From Octopus sinensis (Eukaryota), in the NCBI RefSeq assembly GCF_006345805.1, contig NC_043002.1, positions 48,608,001-48,672,000 of the forward strand: a stretch of DNA of 64,000 bases, in the 5' to 3' direction. Every line of letters starts with the position of its first letter. Position 1 is the stretch's first letter. A program made the translations under genes and the position numbers. A model generated the notes under the pieces. The model was not told the DNA's origin. It searched no databases and saw only the letters and a program-made list of their open reading frames with translations. Shown in pieces: positions 25,657 through 40,040 of this stretch.

Positions 25657-25878
25657 TGTGTGTGTTTGTGTGTCTGTGTTTGTCCCCCTAGTATTGCTAG
25701 ACAACTGATGCTGGTGTGTTTATGTCCCCGTTACTTAGCGGTTCGGCAAAAAGAGACCGATAGAATAAGTACTGGGCTTACAAAAAGGAATAAGTCCCGG
25801 GGTCGAGTTGCTCGATTAAAGGCGGTGCTCCAGCATGGCCGCAGTCAAATGACTGAAACAAGTAAAAGAGTAAAGAGT
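25427..25878 (+). mobile_element. SINE-A, full length
   Basis: Colinear with the 14971 copy. Confidence 0.9.
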
Positions 25879-25919
25879 ATATATATCTATATATATATAT
25901 AGAGAGAGAGAGAGGGGGG

Positions 25920-25989
<70 letters not shown>

Positions 25990-26838
25990 AGAGTTTGACT
26001 CCTCATTATTAAAATTTCATGAGCGTAGAACAAGTTTATATCAGCAGATGTTCGGAGTACAGAGAATTCAAAGCAACTTTTAAATAACTTCTGGGGAAAA
26101 TCATTTAGGCCTCCATTGGTCAGTTCAAATCAGGTGGTGGTTTTAAACATCTTAGCTACATCAGCTCTTTCACTGAATATCCTACGTGGTAGACCAACCT
26201 GGATGTTGGTGTCCAGACTGATCTATTCCACAGAACACGAAGTATGGCCGATTTTTATTAGTCAAAAGCGCGTTAAATAGTCAAAACTATCGTAGATCAG
26301 AAATGGTTGAACTCTGTGATGTGAAAGACACTATGCAATCCAAAATCCGGGGTGGCTGATCTCTTGTGATTGCATGTCCTAGACTACCTCTGAAAGCCAA
26401 CCCCCACCTTGATCAGTACCATAGTTTCGGAGTGTACAGAGATTTCGGCCAATCAGTTTCATGTAATATAAACGAACACTTTATGAATTTAATAGGAATA
26501 TTTAAAGAGTGTGTCTTACACACAATCTTTAGCACTAATTTAACGATAGTCAACTTCTGAGATATAAGAATGAATTTTACTCATAGGCAAACATTATTGC
26601 TACTAAGCGAAAGAGAAGAACTGGCAGAGTGATAAGGTCATGAGATAGAAGAAATTCCTCGTAACATTCAATGCAACTCCCGGTGTTTTCAGTTTAAATC
26701 TCGCTAAGATCAACACTGCCTTTCTTATTTTCGGTGTTGAAAAATGAATTTCCGATCCAAAACCGAAAACAAGTCTTCTCCTCGCTTTCTATCTCTCTCA
26801 CACTCCTTCTCTCTCTCTCCCTCCGTCCTTCTCTCCCC

Positions 26839-26895
<57 letters not shown>

Positions 26896-27635
26896 TCTGC
26901 ATGTAATTTAAAGGTTCAGGCTTTCCACATAGCCTTCACGCTGATTCTATCTGAGAACTTCGTGTCTATTTAAGGTACTCGTTCATTTCAAGAGCAGGAA
27001 TTCAGTTGATAAGACTATTAAATTCTCATAATAGAAACCTCCTGCTCCAAAATAATGCAAAACGAGGACATTAAACACATACTAGAATATTTCAGTAATC
27101 CTCCAGCGATAATGAGGTATCTTATAACCATAATCAGTAAAAGAATCCCTAGTCTATCATAGGCTGACCCCGTTTGTGACGGTACGCTACTAGAAGAAAC
27201 TTGTGAGAGGATCTAATCTGCATAAAGTACAGGTCACCCAACACCAGAGTAGAATCATGAAGTGGAAGTTAATTTATCACATAACTTTGACATTACAACG
27301 AATTTTCTAGCTCTCCTATGAGACTTACCACTAATACATAACTATGATAACTTTTCCATTGAACACAACGTTAAGGACAGCTATTTTCGTCTAAACATAT
27401 ATGATTACACATATATTTTGCAATTGTGAAACTCCGAGTAACAATACAGTGAAACCCTAACTGCTAACTAAGCGATGCATAGATTTGTGTGTGTTGTGTG
27501 TATGGGAGTGTGTGCATTCATTGACAGCATACTGGTTAAATAAAACATTCGTAGGACAAATCGATCGAAAAGCCTAATTAGTCAACATAGAATAACATAT
27601 TCATAAAAACAAGAAGTAAAGAAATGTTGAATTTT

Positions 27636-28040
27636 TTTAAACAAGGAGTTCGCTTCGCAACCACATTTTTGGGCTTCAGTCCCACTGAGTGACACTGAAA
27701 GTAAGTATATTCTATCACAGCCTGAAGTCGACCAATGCCTTGGGAGTGGAAACAGTGGTGAAAGCCTGTTGCATGTGTGTGTATGTGTGTGCGTGTGTGT
27801 ACATATGTATATGTGTATATATACATACATGTATATATACATACGTGTATATATACATAAATGTATATTTTTGCGGTGTATTGTTTACGTTTCCGTAACA
27901 TAACGTTTCTGCAAAAGAGAACTATGTAACCAACTTTTAAAAACAAATTTGTTAAGTACTAGGGTCCATTTGTTAAACTAAACATTTTAAGGCGGTGCCT
28001 CAGAATGGCCAAAGTTCAATGACTGAAAGAAGCAAAAGCG
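27636..28040 (+). mobile_element. Old, degraded SINE-A
   Basis: Residual 'ttcagtcccactg', 'gaccaatgccttg' and 'aatgactgaaa' motifs in the expected order. Confidence 0.65.
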
Positions 28041-28243
28041 TACATAATAAGACCACTCAAATTACATAGTAATAGTGCAATTCTATATTTCTGAGATAAG
28101 AAATGTATATTATGGACACTGTTTACTATAGTCGGACTGGTATTCTTATCTTGATTGTTGCTTTCGCTACATTTCGACGTTGGTTAATGCAGTGCAGTTA
28201 ACTAAGTTCAATCCCAGGCAAGACACCAAGGTGAATCACAAAA

Positions 28244-28285
28244 CATCTGAAGAAGGCTGGAGCGTACAACAGCCAAAACGTAGTG
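28244..28285 (+). ncRNA. Minimal hammerhead-like motif, G12 mutated
   Basis: cat-CTGAAGA-A-GGCTG..CAGCC-aAAAC-GT-A-gtg. Helix II is 5 bp and helix III is the ACGT palindrome. Confidence 0.5.
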
Positions 28286-29049
28286 AAAGCAACAATAAAG
28301 ATGCGGACAACAATCCGATTAAATTAAACAGCTTACATAAACTAATAGTGCTAGCTAAGATAATCCAACATCTTAATTCTCAGGCATTTTATCATATATA
28401 TATAAGTGTCCTTAAAATTACAACTTTCTAATTACATGTCTAGCATTTATGTAGCTGTAACTTGTCGTTGCGATATGTTTTACATATTAATTTCTTTGTA
28501 TACCATAATATGGATTGCTTCTGAGTGCTAAGCAACTTTTTGCAGAGAGTGGTTGTAGATGATTATAATAATAATCCTTGATTGATGAAAAACAAAGTTG
28601 ACTTTAGTTTGTTTACTGATGACAAATCAACTGAAATACAATTTCAGTGTGTGTAGTAACTTTTATTTTGTGATCACTTTATATTTTTGTTGATAGAAAG
28701 ACCTTTCTATATTCCTTTTTTTTTTTTTCGTAATGAGTTCGTTAATGATTTTACTCTAAACTAGAAATCACTGGTGTTAATTTCTTCATTTGACATTTTT
28801 CTCTTTCCCTACGCCTATGATTTCTCTAGTCAATTTATTTATATCTAGAACAACAGGCATACAATAATTATAAAATAAAGTTACATCATCATTTAAATAA
28901 ATTTCTCTAAAATGTCATCTGTCAGTCCATATTATATATTTCGGCAAATGTCAAAGGTCTCTTAACACAATTTATCTTTATATACATATATATACACACT
29001 TCCACACACGCACATACATATATAAACATTTACACACACACACACACAC

Positions 29050-29089
<40 letters not shown>

Positions 29090-29203
29090 TTTCACAAAGA
29101 CATGATAACCTTTAGATGATATCCATATCGATGGTGAAATCGTTGCTAAACAAATAGGGAACAAACTAAATTTTACACGTTTTATGGAATAAGATATAGT
29201 AGA

Positions 29204-29432
29204 TGGCGAGCTGGCAGCAACGTTAGCACGCGGGCGAAATGCTTAGCGGTATTTCGTCTGCCGTTATGTTCTGAGTTCAAATTCCGCCGAGGTCGACTTT
29301 GCCTTTCATCCTTTCGCGGTGGATAAATTAAGCACCAGTTACGCACTGGGGTCGATATAATCGACTTAATCCGTTTGTCTGTCCTTGTTTGTCCTCTCTG
29401 TGTTTAGCCCCTTGTGGGTAGTAAAGAAATAG
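29204..29432 (+). mobile_element. SINE-B, full length
   Basis: ggcgagctggcag...gttctgagttcaaattccgccgaggtcgac...gtgggtagtaaagaaatag. Confidence 0.9.
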
Positions 29433-29837
29433 ATAAATATAAATCAAAAATATTTAGCTGGGGTTCGTTGGTACGATATTCAAGTTATATAAGTTAGGGT
29501 TAGTATCATTTCAAACACTTTGGCTTCAATGTTTCTACTATTTCTTCGGTGAAAAGGAAGAATCCAACTCAGTTTTGCAAGCTTACAAAATGTTTGCTAA
29601 TTGTTTAACCATGTAAACGTTGCAGCATATGGCGAAATACAAATTATCGGTTCCTCAACACCTGATCGACTCGGCCACCTACGACGTTTTTACGGAGAGA
29701 GATGGGGGTTAGGGACAAGTAACTTCGTTCCAAAGTTTTTACTATTTCTTTACAGTATTCCCATAAGCTTACGTCGAATCCTATACAATAAATATATATG
29801 AATATATATAAATTATGAAAAAATAAAAAAAGAACAT

Positions 29838-29924
29838 TACAGTACTGTTTCTACTTCGCGGATTTTCGCCTATCGCGAGGGGTTTGGGAACGTAACACCC
29901 GCGTTAGTCAAGAGATTACCTATA
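29838..29924. mobile_element. Small Tc1/pogo-type MITE remnant
   Basis: TA-CAGTA... start, CpG-rich inverted arms (cgcgg...ccgcg) and a degenerate ...ttacctata end. Confidence 0.4.
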
Positions 29925-31090
29925 TTTCTTTCGTTTTGAGATAATACAAAGATTCTCATTTAAGAAACAGAAAACGGAATTGTCGCAGTTATACTATTTT
30001 GGTTAGTATTTTAGTTGTACGCAAAATGAAATGATTTCAGCTTGAGATTGAACTGGACTACCGATCATAGCTTTCTAGAAGTCTGTTTTGTTTGACGACG
30101 TTTGCTGTTTTCCCATCCTGATTTTTTTAGCTAACATGGCCAAACAGACACAGAAGCAGTGGGGCTCTTATCTAAAAAGCGTACAGAATTTACTTTCTGT
30201 CCCGCTACCTTGAATTTGCCCTTTTATGTCCTGAATTCAAATTTCCTTTTGCGGTTTGTCCTTTTATACTGTAAGTTTAAATCTCTCCAGGGTCCATTTT
30301 GTGTATCGTATCACTTCAAGATTGATACAATATACACATCTTCTAGACAAAATTAGATTTTTGAATTAATGTAAGAAATCAATACGTGAAACTAAATAGC
30401 TTCGAGCCAAAATATATATTTGACGAATTCCAACAAAGAAAGTGAAATTTAATTGGTTATTGTGGTTCAAACTGTGCAAGTTATCTGTATGGAGTTCAAT
30501 TATTTCTTTACCATAGGTACTGTATTTTCTTGTTCATACACCATTGAAGAACACATCTATATTCGATGTTTGTTAAATAATTACTTTCTGTAAGGATTGT
30601 TGTGCGGTTACTTATGCCGGTTTCGATTCTTGGTTGTAACTAATTCATTTATAAATAACGTGAGATATAAACGTTACACAATCAAAACTCCACTTTTCGC
30701 TAAGGAATTAAGATTGTGGTGAAGCAAGTTTCAAATTACTCTTTATACAACTACCCCACATAAGTCGTTAAAATAACTAAACCATTTTGTGAAAGGCTTC
30801 ACATTACACAATCTTTTTTTTTTTTTCAAATATAAATTTTCAATCTTCACACGTCATAATAATTCTATTATCTGAAACTGCTTCTTTATTTATAAACATT
30901 TGCTCTTTTTACATTAGGCTGATAATGATGTCATGATGTATGATTTTATTGACTTATTGACTTACTAGAATGACGCTTCATATTTTTTACAATTCTCTCC
31001 TTTTCTTTCTGTCACTTTTTCTCTATCTCTTCTGTTTATCTCTCTTTTACATTTTTGTCTTTATGGATAACCCTCTTCTGTCTCTCCCTT

Positions 31091-31155
<65 letters not shown>

Positions 31156-32539
31156 AGATCCAGGGATTGAGGTGTAGGAAGACAGTTAGCTTCAAGCAAT
31201 CCATTGTAAATATAAAACAGGGTTGCCGAGTGTGCTAATAAGAATACAAGAGTTAAGGAATGGAGTAGATAAGAGCCCGGATCTTATCTACTCTTAATTT
31301 GTTTCCGTTGTCGTTTCCCTTAATTTGCCTGAATTCTGTCGAGGCGGAATGCATTTCCTCTAGCAAGACCGTTCCTGGTTTTATAAGCGCATCCATAGTC
31401 TTCTTCCATTCCTGTTTGCTGTTCAATCTAGTTTCTATTGCCATAATCCAATATATTACAGCTATCATTCCAGTCCAATGACACTCGACATCAAGAAATT
31501 TCGATTCGATGTCCTAATCCTTTTCACTTTGATTACATCTGGTTCATGACAATATCATTATTTTTTAACAAAGTTTTCCTCGCATGTATATAAAACGTGC
31601 AGCGGTCGGAGATGACCCTAACTATAGTTCATGGCACACCCTATATTGTATTTCTTTGGCAAATTGAATTGACTCTTTGTGACTCTTCTACCTACGTATA
31701 AAACACTAACATACGGAATACATGTCACCACAATAGACAACAGTGACTCTCAATACTTGAAGAGAGATTTTGTTAAATTTCAGCATTGTATTTAAATCTT
31801 CCCATGACAAATGTATTTCATTGCACAGAAGATTGTATTCTTAAATCGTTTGATATAACGAAACTAAAATAAGCTCCAATACACCTTACTTATATTAAAG
31901 ATGGCTGTAAGAGGCTAATAGTGCTGAAAGAAATCTCAGATGAAAACTCTCGCTCTATATAAATTCAATCAATAATTCGCTCATTGGAGAATGAACAGAT
32001 TTCCTCCCCTAAGATTTATGGTAATTAAACTATATGAAATAAACAAATTCCATCGATCACTGTGTCATACACTGTAACATTCTACTTCCTACAGTGGTAA
32101 TAATACCTTTTATACCACTGTTTCCAAGAAAAGGAAAAGGCAGTATATTTGGAATTACCTACTGTTGGCTGATTCTGCAATATAGTTTCTTTATTCACTT
32201 GACGCCATTCCACATCCTGTAAGGCCATTAATGCTTTTTAGGAAACGTACGAAGGTTACAAGTTCATAATCTCCTCTTTCTCTAGAACAGAGCTGTATGT
32301 CTATTCAAAAGAACCAACATATGAATAATGTATTAGAAACTTAGAATAGACCCAACTTCATAGCGAGTCTGACTTTGTTTTCCTTCCCGAATATAACAAT
32401 TTCGCTACTAATTAGCTTAAAGAAGCATGAACGCCACACAGTTTGATTTTCATTCCATTAGAAATCCGAGACTTAGTGCCTGTGTATGAAATCAATAATT
32501 CGTTCAGGTTTACATATCATATAGAGACCTACTTTTACT

Positions 32540-32830
32540 TCTACTAACTTTTTTTACTAATATGATATTTAATGTTTGGTGTGGGCGTTCGATATTTTCA
32601 TTTCCTTGTGGATGATAATGGATGCAATATAATATATATTTAGTCTCTCTATGGTTTCTTTCATTACTCTGTTTACATTTTCAAATCCAGTATCTCTAAC
32701 CATCTGAACTGGAGCACCATATCTAGAAAATATATCATCTACTCTCTTATTAAGATACTGCAAATGCTTCGGGCTAACCATCATCTAAATCGATATCACC
32801 TATCTATTTCGTAATGGACAGTATTTTTGG
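32540..32830 (-). pseudogene. Ty3/Gypsy integrase (rve) remnant
   Basis: G*PEAFAV followed, after a frameshift, by DIFSRYGAPVQMVRDTGFENVNRVMKETIERLNI. This matches the 'GWPEAF...IF.RYG.P..+VSDNG.E' integrase core. Confidence 0.7.
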
Positions 32831-33084
32831 ATAAGAAACAGATCGGTCTACAGCTATCTGTGCAAATATAAATCTAAAATAGTCGTATATAAGTATCTTG
32901 TAATGAGGTATAGTTTTTTTTTTAGGCACGTGAGGAGTTTTGTTGCATAGATATATTTATACTACTGGAAAGACGACGATGTCAGAAAAATTTGCTCGAT
33001 AGAAATATTTTCAATATTTTCTGTGTCCCATTATCAGATATCCATTATCGCCATACGACGGATAAAATACTTCTAAATTAGAGA

Positions 33085-33615
33085 TTATGCCTCAAATTTG
33101 AGGAGATCCACCCAACTAACTGGCTTCTGATTCAGGCACAAGGACAGCAATTTTGAGGGAAAGGGAGTTAGTCAGTAAAGTTGACTTTGGCGGGATTTAA
33201 ACTCAGAACATAAAGAATCGGATAGAAATACCGCAATGCACTTTTCCCTCAAAACTGCTGGTTATGCTAGCAGTTCTGAATAAGATTCGTTGTCAATACT
33301 GATTGGTACTTTATTTTAGCACCCTCAAAGAAATGAAGGGTATGTTCATTTCAACAGGATTTGAAAGTAAGGAGACCTACATGAAAACTGATTTCAAATT
33401 TTGGCACAAGGCCAGCAATTTGGGAGGGGTAAGTCGATTATATCGACCCCAATGCTCAACTGGTACATATTTCATCAACCCCGAAAGTAATAAAAGGCAG
33501 AATTTGAACTCAGAATGTGGACCACGGCAGAATTTGAACTCAGAATGTAGCTAATGACGAAATGCCGCTAAGTATTTTGCCCGGCGTGCTTAACGATTCT
33601 ACCAGCTCGCCGTTT
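33085..33615 (-). mobile_element. Cluster of partial SINE-B copies
   Basis: Repeated 'gaatttgaactcagaa' B-box segments and 'cacaaggccagcaatttt' tails. Confidence 0.7.
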
Positions 33616-34831
33616 TGATACACAGCTAAATAGTACAAGGAATTTTTTCTACCAATTCTGTCGATCTGTTACTGGTTCTACCCCACTCTGAATGGGAGCA
33701 ATTATATAACCTCACTATTTGGCCTGTTCTCTCGCAACAAAATATAGGTTGTTTTGTTTTGTTTTTTATTGGATAGATAATTGCAACAAATTTTGTCGAC
33801 TCTGGAGGAATAAAAGGCAAAATTGGTAACAAGATTTAAGCTTAGAATGACATCAAATGCATATATTTTAACCTAATGCTGTTCCATTCTGCCCAGCTCA
33901 CTGCCTTGCAACTACGAAAATATACCACACTTATTTTAACGTTACCTATTTGCTTTTATGCTTTACAGTTTATTAAACCTTGGGAAACAATCTTCTTAAC
34001 AACTCAGCTCTATTCCTGTATCGTTCTCTATATGACAATCATATCCCAAGGCCCTTTATTTAATTTATATTATGTAGATAAGAAAATTTAATAACTAGTC
34101 TTCCAATTCTTTCTTTTACTTTTTTATCATTCTTCCCAAGATATCTGCATTTCACCGTACATATGATTACCTCTGATTTTCATGGAATTCAACGGATGAA
34201 ATGCAAATTTATTCCTGAAAAAAAAAATCTATCTCAACTGACTTTTCTCAGGGGAGAAATCAAATTTCGTATAGCAAACTAACGAATCAAACGTTATCAC
34301 TACATGCTGGCGTTGTTAAGCAGTGAATTATATCAACTGGGAATCCTACATAAAACTTTCTACATGAGTCATTCAGTGTCTTTGTCACAGTCCCAATGTT
34401 ATGCTGTTAGTAGGATATTACCTAGAAACCATTCGGTTAATTGTTCTGTGTCGCCTTAACCACCTAGCCACCGGCGGTTCTTCAAGCTTGCTATTATTGG
34501 TCGGTACATTTCATTATGTGATTATATATATATATATATATATTGTTATTTTTCGGCTTGTTCATTTTTTCTTGCCAAATGAACACCTTCCTTGCGCCCT
34601 TTTCAAGCCTAGGCAAGCTCATAGGCCCTGTTTCCCGGTTTCTGTGGCGTATGTCCCCCTCCTCACCTCCTAGCTTTTTATGATTTTATTTAACATATTC
34701 CCAGTAAGACTCACACACTTATTGCAGCGGTCCTCAGTTTCTGTAAGCTCTGTAAAAGAACTTGGAAGTTTGGACCTCCAATCAGGCCTTTCGCGGTACC
34801 CTTAATGCCAAGAACTTTTCAGCACCCACTC

Positions 34832-34914
<83 letters not shown>

Positions 34915-34915
<1 letters not shown>

Positions 34916-35080
34916 ATGACAGCCTTTGTTGGTTTATGGTCCCAAAACTCAACGGTTCAGCAATAGAACCGACAAAATACGTACCTAACTCAAAATAAGT
35001 GCCGAAGTCGATTTGTTCGCCTAACTCCACAAGACGACACTCCAGCGTGGATGCAGTTCAATGATTGAAACCAATAATAA
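34915..35080 (+). mobile_element. SINE-A, 3' half
   Basis: 'cggttcagcaa', 'gtcgatttgttcg', 'aatgattgaaac'. Confidence 0.65.
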
Positions 35081-36451
35081 TATCTATCTATCTATCTATC
35101 TATCTGTCTGTCTATCCATCTATATATATAAGTTGTATTTAAAATTAAAGTTTAGGTAGGAGACTTTAAAGTGTGGAATCTTTAAAGTTATATATACACT
35201 TTTAATTATCACTACTAAGTTTTCCGGATAAAGTTGCCTCATATTCCTGTTCCAGTCTTTAAGCCTCTTTATGATTTATACACCTTCATAATTTAATATA
35301 ACTTGAAAAAGATTTGTAACGTATAGGGATACAATCTGTTGCAAATAGAAACAGGCACACGAACTCGGCTTACCTCTAGCGCCATCCTAATTCCTACAGA
35401 GGTTTATCTTCAGATTTATATTATCTTTTATGTACGATATTATTGTACGGAGAAAATCGTATCATATTCCTTTAATAAACTATTGGCACTTAAGCAGTAC
35501 GTTAGAAGTAAATCAAAGTTTTAAAAAGTGTTGTTCACTGTTTATCCGGAGTATTTAACTGCATACGCAGGGTCGACAAAAACTGAAATTTACTATAATA
35601 CATTGGATCATTATATTCTTTGTCCATTATCATAAGGATGTATTAGAGTACATTTAATGTATCTTTCTGAGAAGATATTTAATAAGAATAGTGTTCTGTA
35701 AGATGAAGGTCATACCTTAAGGCATCAAAAATAAAAAATTGCGATGTAAACTTTACAATTAAAACAATTAATTAAACTCACAAAGTTGTTCTTTATCAAA
35801 GATATTCAATATAAAGTTATTTTAATCTTGTGTTATTTTGCTGTTTCTCGAGATAACGGTATGTTTTCATGATAAATAAAAATATCAATTTTTGTGAGAC
35901 AGTTACATTTATGAATCTGATATATCATTAGATTAGATCCAGCAAGAAGAAATGAATTGACGCAAATCGGATTATATTTCATAATGAATGTTTCTGACTA
36001 GTCATGAAGCCAAATCTTAGGGAATATTATTTTTCAGATACTAAAAACAATGTTTTATTCACTGATGTCTTAAATTTAGCATCTCTAGGGAAAGATGTGT
36101 TGAATAATAGTTTGTGTCAGGATAAGAAACTCGTCTATTGCACTTTTAAAAAATCCTAATATTCATTACTTATAAACATGTGAACTGAAATATATTACCT
36201 ACCCAAAGACGCGCGAAAACCTCTGGGTGGATATGTAATTACAGTCCGTGAGTTTATTAACTAAAATCTATGTCCCTTCGCGATTTTGTTTTGCAACAAA
36301 TCCAATAAAGCTAAACAACAGTCTGAATCAGTGAAATTTAAGAACAATACATAAAAGATGATATATACTAGTTATTATTTTTATTTACACGGTCATTCTT
36401 CCCAACCACTTTGAATGTTAGAAATGATATTATTATTATGTCATATAGAAA

Positions 36452-36663
36452 GTGGGTGAGCGGGCAGAATCGTTAACACACCAGACAAACTATTTGCAGG
36501 TATCTCTTCCGCCTTTACGTTCTTAGTTCAAATGCCACCGGCGTTGACTTTACCTTTTTTCCTTTCGGTATCAATAAAATAAGTACCAGTTGTGCACTGG
36601 GGTCGATGTAATCACATCTCTCCCTTAAACTTGCTTGTCCGTGTAGCAAAATTTAAAACCATT
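36452..36663 (+). mobile_element. SINE-B variant
   Basis: Head 'gggtgagcgggcagaatcgtta' and core 'aagtaccagttgtgcactggggtcgatgtaatc'. Confidence 0.75.
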
Positions 36664-37359
36664 GTTATGTAAGCAAGGGTGGAAAAAAATGCCTTGCAGT
36701 ACTTCTCCCAGCTCTTCACTCGGTAGGATTTGCACTTAGAACAGAGTTTAAAGTTGCCTTTCATCGTTCAAAAAACGCAGAAAGGCAACTTTACCTTTTC
36801 TGAGTAGATAAAATAAAATACCAACTAAGTAGTGGTGCCGACGACATCAACTAACAACCACCTTTTAAAATAATTGACCTTGAACCTAAAGGAAAAACTA
36901 TTATTATGTTAAACAGTTGCAATTCGAATTTCAATTATGAGGCCCTGGGTTCTATGCCAACACATGGTATCCAGGACAAATTTCATTTTCTACAGTCTGT
37001 GTGTGTGTGTAATTGTAATAATAATTTTTACTCAATATTTTTGAAGAGTTCATCAAGAAAGATTACTTCCAAGTTTTTTGACCAACTAACATTTTCACAC
37101 ACTTATATCCTTTTGTGAAATTAAAGCGCAAGATATACAAATTACTAAAAACACTTTGACCCGAAGTTAACACACCTAAATAAATACACCTACTCACAAG
37201 TCTTATACGTTTGACTGAACGCTGAACAATAGCCTCCCCATTCCTAAACAAACAAGTTGACTCTCTTAAATGACACCAGCAAGTAAAGAAATCATTTTTG
37301 GTGAATCCTTAAATGCTTCATGACCTAAAACTGACACACCTAAATAAACACATTTAATT

Positions 37360-37680
37360 ATTTACGCCCTCAGGAGCATTTCATAAGTTTCTGTAGCATT
37401 TTTACCCGATTTAACACAAAACTTTACTGCATAGCGAGCTTCCAAATTGTCTTCTTCATGTCCCGGCTACACTCAGCAAACTAGTCAGCTGTGACAAGCA
37501 GTGTTTAGTGGGATGTGTTCAAATTACTGTTACAACTGCTTCCTTCAATCTAGAATAACAAAGGTTGTCAAGTCAGCTTAGTACATGTTTAATAATGATA
37601 TACTATTACTATTACAATAATCTAGAACAATTATAATTACCTCTCCTAAAAATGTCTCAAAACTTCTGAAATGCACTACA
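37360..37680 (-). mobile_element. Mariner 5' fragment
   Basis: Minus strand encodes EARYAVKFCVKSGKNATETYEML (mariner N-terminal HTH). TIR-like 'gtagtgcatttcagaagtttt' lies upstream. Confidence 0.6.
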
Positions 37681-39049
37681 TACATACATACATACATACA
37701 TACATAGTTGCATGCATGCATGCGTACAGATTTCGTACGTAGCAAGTTAGTTTGTATCGTTTATTTTCCAGTAGAGGAGATTGGCACTCTCTATGGGGGA
37801 ATTTGAGGAGTAACCCTGGATTTCACCCTTGGGAACATCATCACTCTTATTTCCAATAGGGCCTGATTAATTGTTGACCGATATTTTTTATCCAGAATGG
37901 TTGGAAAATTGACTCTTATAGTACTAACGGGTAAACTGTTTTTTTTTTTAATCCCAGAAGCTTGATCGAACTGGCATGTGGATCAAAGGTATTCTAATAG
38001 TTACCATTCCAACTTTCCGTATAACCAAGTTGGTATTGTCTAATGTGTCACTTTTTGAGGACAGAGGGATGTCATATGATGGCGATTTAGCTGTTATTTC
38101 TAACAAGACAGGCAACTATGTAGAGGCCTTCTTGTTGCTCTAGCCTAATATTTAAATGGTATTGGAAAAGATTAAGATCAACAATCTTGGTGTTTGAGGA
38201 ACGTGCAGAAATTAATGCAGGGAATTAATTAATGACTAAGCTTTATGTATCAATCCAACGATCGATATGAAAGTTGAATATCCAAATATTTTTCTTGTTC
38301 TATTCCACAGGTGAGAATTTTCACTGGTTCTCGTACATGATAACGTCAAAAGATTTGCAATCCAGAGTTGCTAGCAATTAGTGTTACTACACTGTTTATT
38401 CACGCCTAAGCGCTCATGTGCATGTTTGTTGATCGATAATAAATCAAGAGGTATTCAATCAGAAACCGGATTGTATGATTAATGTATGATACGGTTTGAT
38501 TTTTCTTGTGTTTTATAACAGACACATCTGTGTTGCTAACAATTCGCTTCATTATATAGTTTGCAAATGTTTCACATAAAATATAGTTATTCAATTTCAT
38601 ATATCGCTGTCAAAAGGGCGGTTGTTATGGTCTATAAGAAGATCCCTGGACTTAATGGACTACATGCATTATAATGTTTGATCACCTCTCTCTTTATTCC
38701 AAGTTCAAATCCCATCTGAGTTCACTTTCTAGCTGTAATCCTTCGAATAATCATTCAATTCAAATGGCCGCACCCTTTCGCAGAAAATATGTTTCCTTTA
38801 TGCTTAAAGAAGAAAACAATAGTGTCAGTGAAACTGGCGAAACAGAACAGGGCACAATAGGCCAACTTCATTCCGTTAGAAAACTTTGTTTTTACTTCAT
38901 TTGTTTTGAGTTCTAATTCTGAAGGATTTTTTAAATTTCTTTTAATGTTGATAACTTCTTATCATGGGATCGAACCAGTTGACCTTATAGTTTACCTTAA
39001 AATTTTTTGTACCTTTTAACATTGGTATATGACAACAAATTTTCAGGAA

Positions 39050-40040
39050 GTCCCTTAAATCGACTTCTGAAGAAAGAAAGAAAAATCTATCTTGGCGTGA
39101 TTTGAAATCAAAACAGTCTTTAATGATTCTGCCAACTCACTACTCTTAAGGAATAAATAAATACCACTTTCATATTTTGCCACAAGACCAGCAAGTTCGG
39201 AAGAGGGAGTTAAGTCGATTACATCAACCCCAGTACACAATTAACTAGTACTTATTTTATCGTTCTCGAAAGGATAAAAAGCAAAGTCTACAGCGGAATT
39301 TGAACTCAGAACATAAAAACGAGTGATATTAATGTCTTATATATGCATAAGGTTACATGTTCGGGTAGAGGAATAGTCGATTATAGCTACCCCACTTGAC
39401 TGGCATCTTCTTTATCGACCCGGAAAAGCTGAAAGGCAAAGTTGACCCCAATGGAATTTGAACACGGAACATATATAACTAAATGCTATATATAACTAAA
39501 TGATATATAACTAAATGCTATAAGACAATTTGGCCGACGCACTGGTATTTATAAATGATTTCTTATTTAGCCACAAGACCAGCAATTTTTAGCGGTGGGT
39601 GTTAAGCGATTGTACTTGCTTTTATCCATGATTGTGCTTTCTTTTATTGATCCCAATGGAATGGAATGAAAGGCAAATTTGAACTCTGAACGCAAACAAC
39701 TGAAACAAATGCCGCAAACCTCTTTTTTTTTTTGTTTTTGACATTGAAACGATTCTGCCAATCTACAGCCCTTGAGGTAGAAATAAATATTGATTTCAAA
39801 GATTGACTCAAAAATAGGAATTTCGAGAGAAGCAGTAATTCGATTACATCGACCCCAGTACTCAGGTGGTACTTATTTTATCAACCCCGAAAGGGATGCC
39901 CAACTGGTACTTGTTTTATAGACCTCGAATGGAATGAAAGGCAAAGTGAATCTTGGCACTATTTGAACGTAAAGACTGAAGAAATGATGCTATGCACTTT
40001 GCTGGGCGTGCTAACGATTCTGTCAGCTCGCCGCCTTAAA
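39050..40040 (-). mobile_element. Tandem run of at least four co-oriented degraded SINE-B copies
   Basis: Repeated 'cacaagaccagcaa', 'gtcgattacatcgacccc', 'aaggcaaagt', 'gaatttgaac' blocks. Confidence 0.75.

Noticed and set aside
31250-31640. Degraded RTE endonuclease on the minus strand
   Set aside because: The motif resemblance is too weak to call without a profile search.
37780-37880. Small-GTPase-like 'IGNKSD' on the minus strand
   Set aside because: No other G motifs and no convincing splice context.
38311-38381. Possible terminal exon (ENFHWFSYMITSKDLQSRVASN*) after a strong acceptor
   Set aside because: No recognisable homology and no linked upstream exon.
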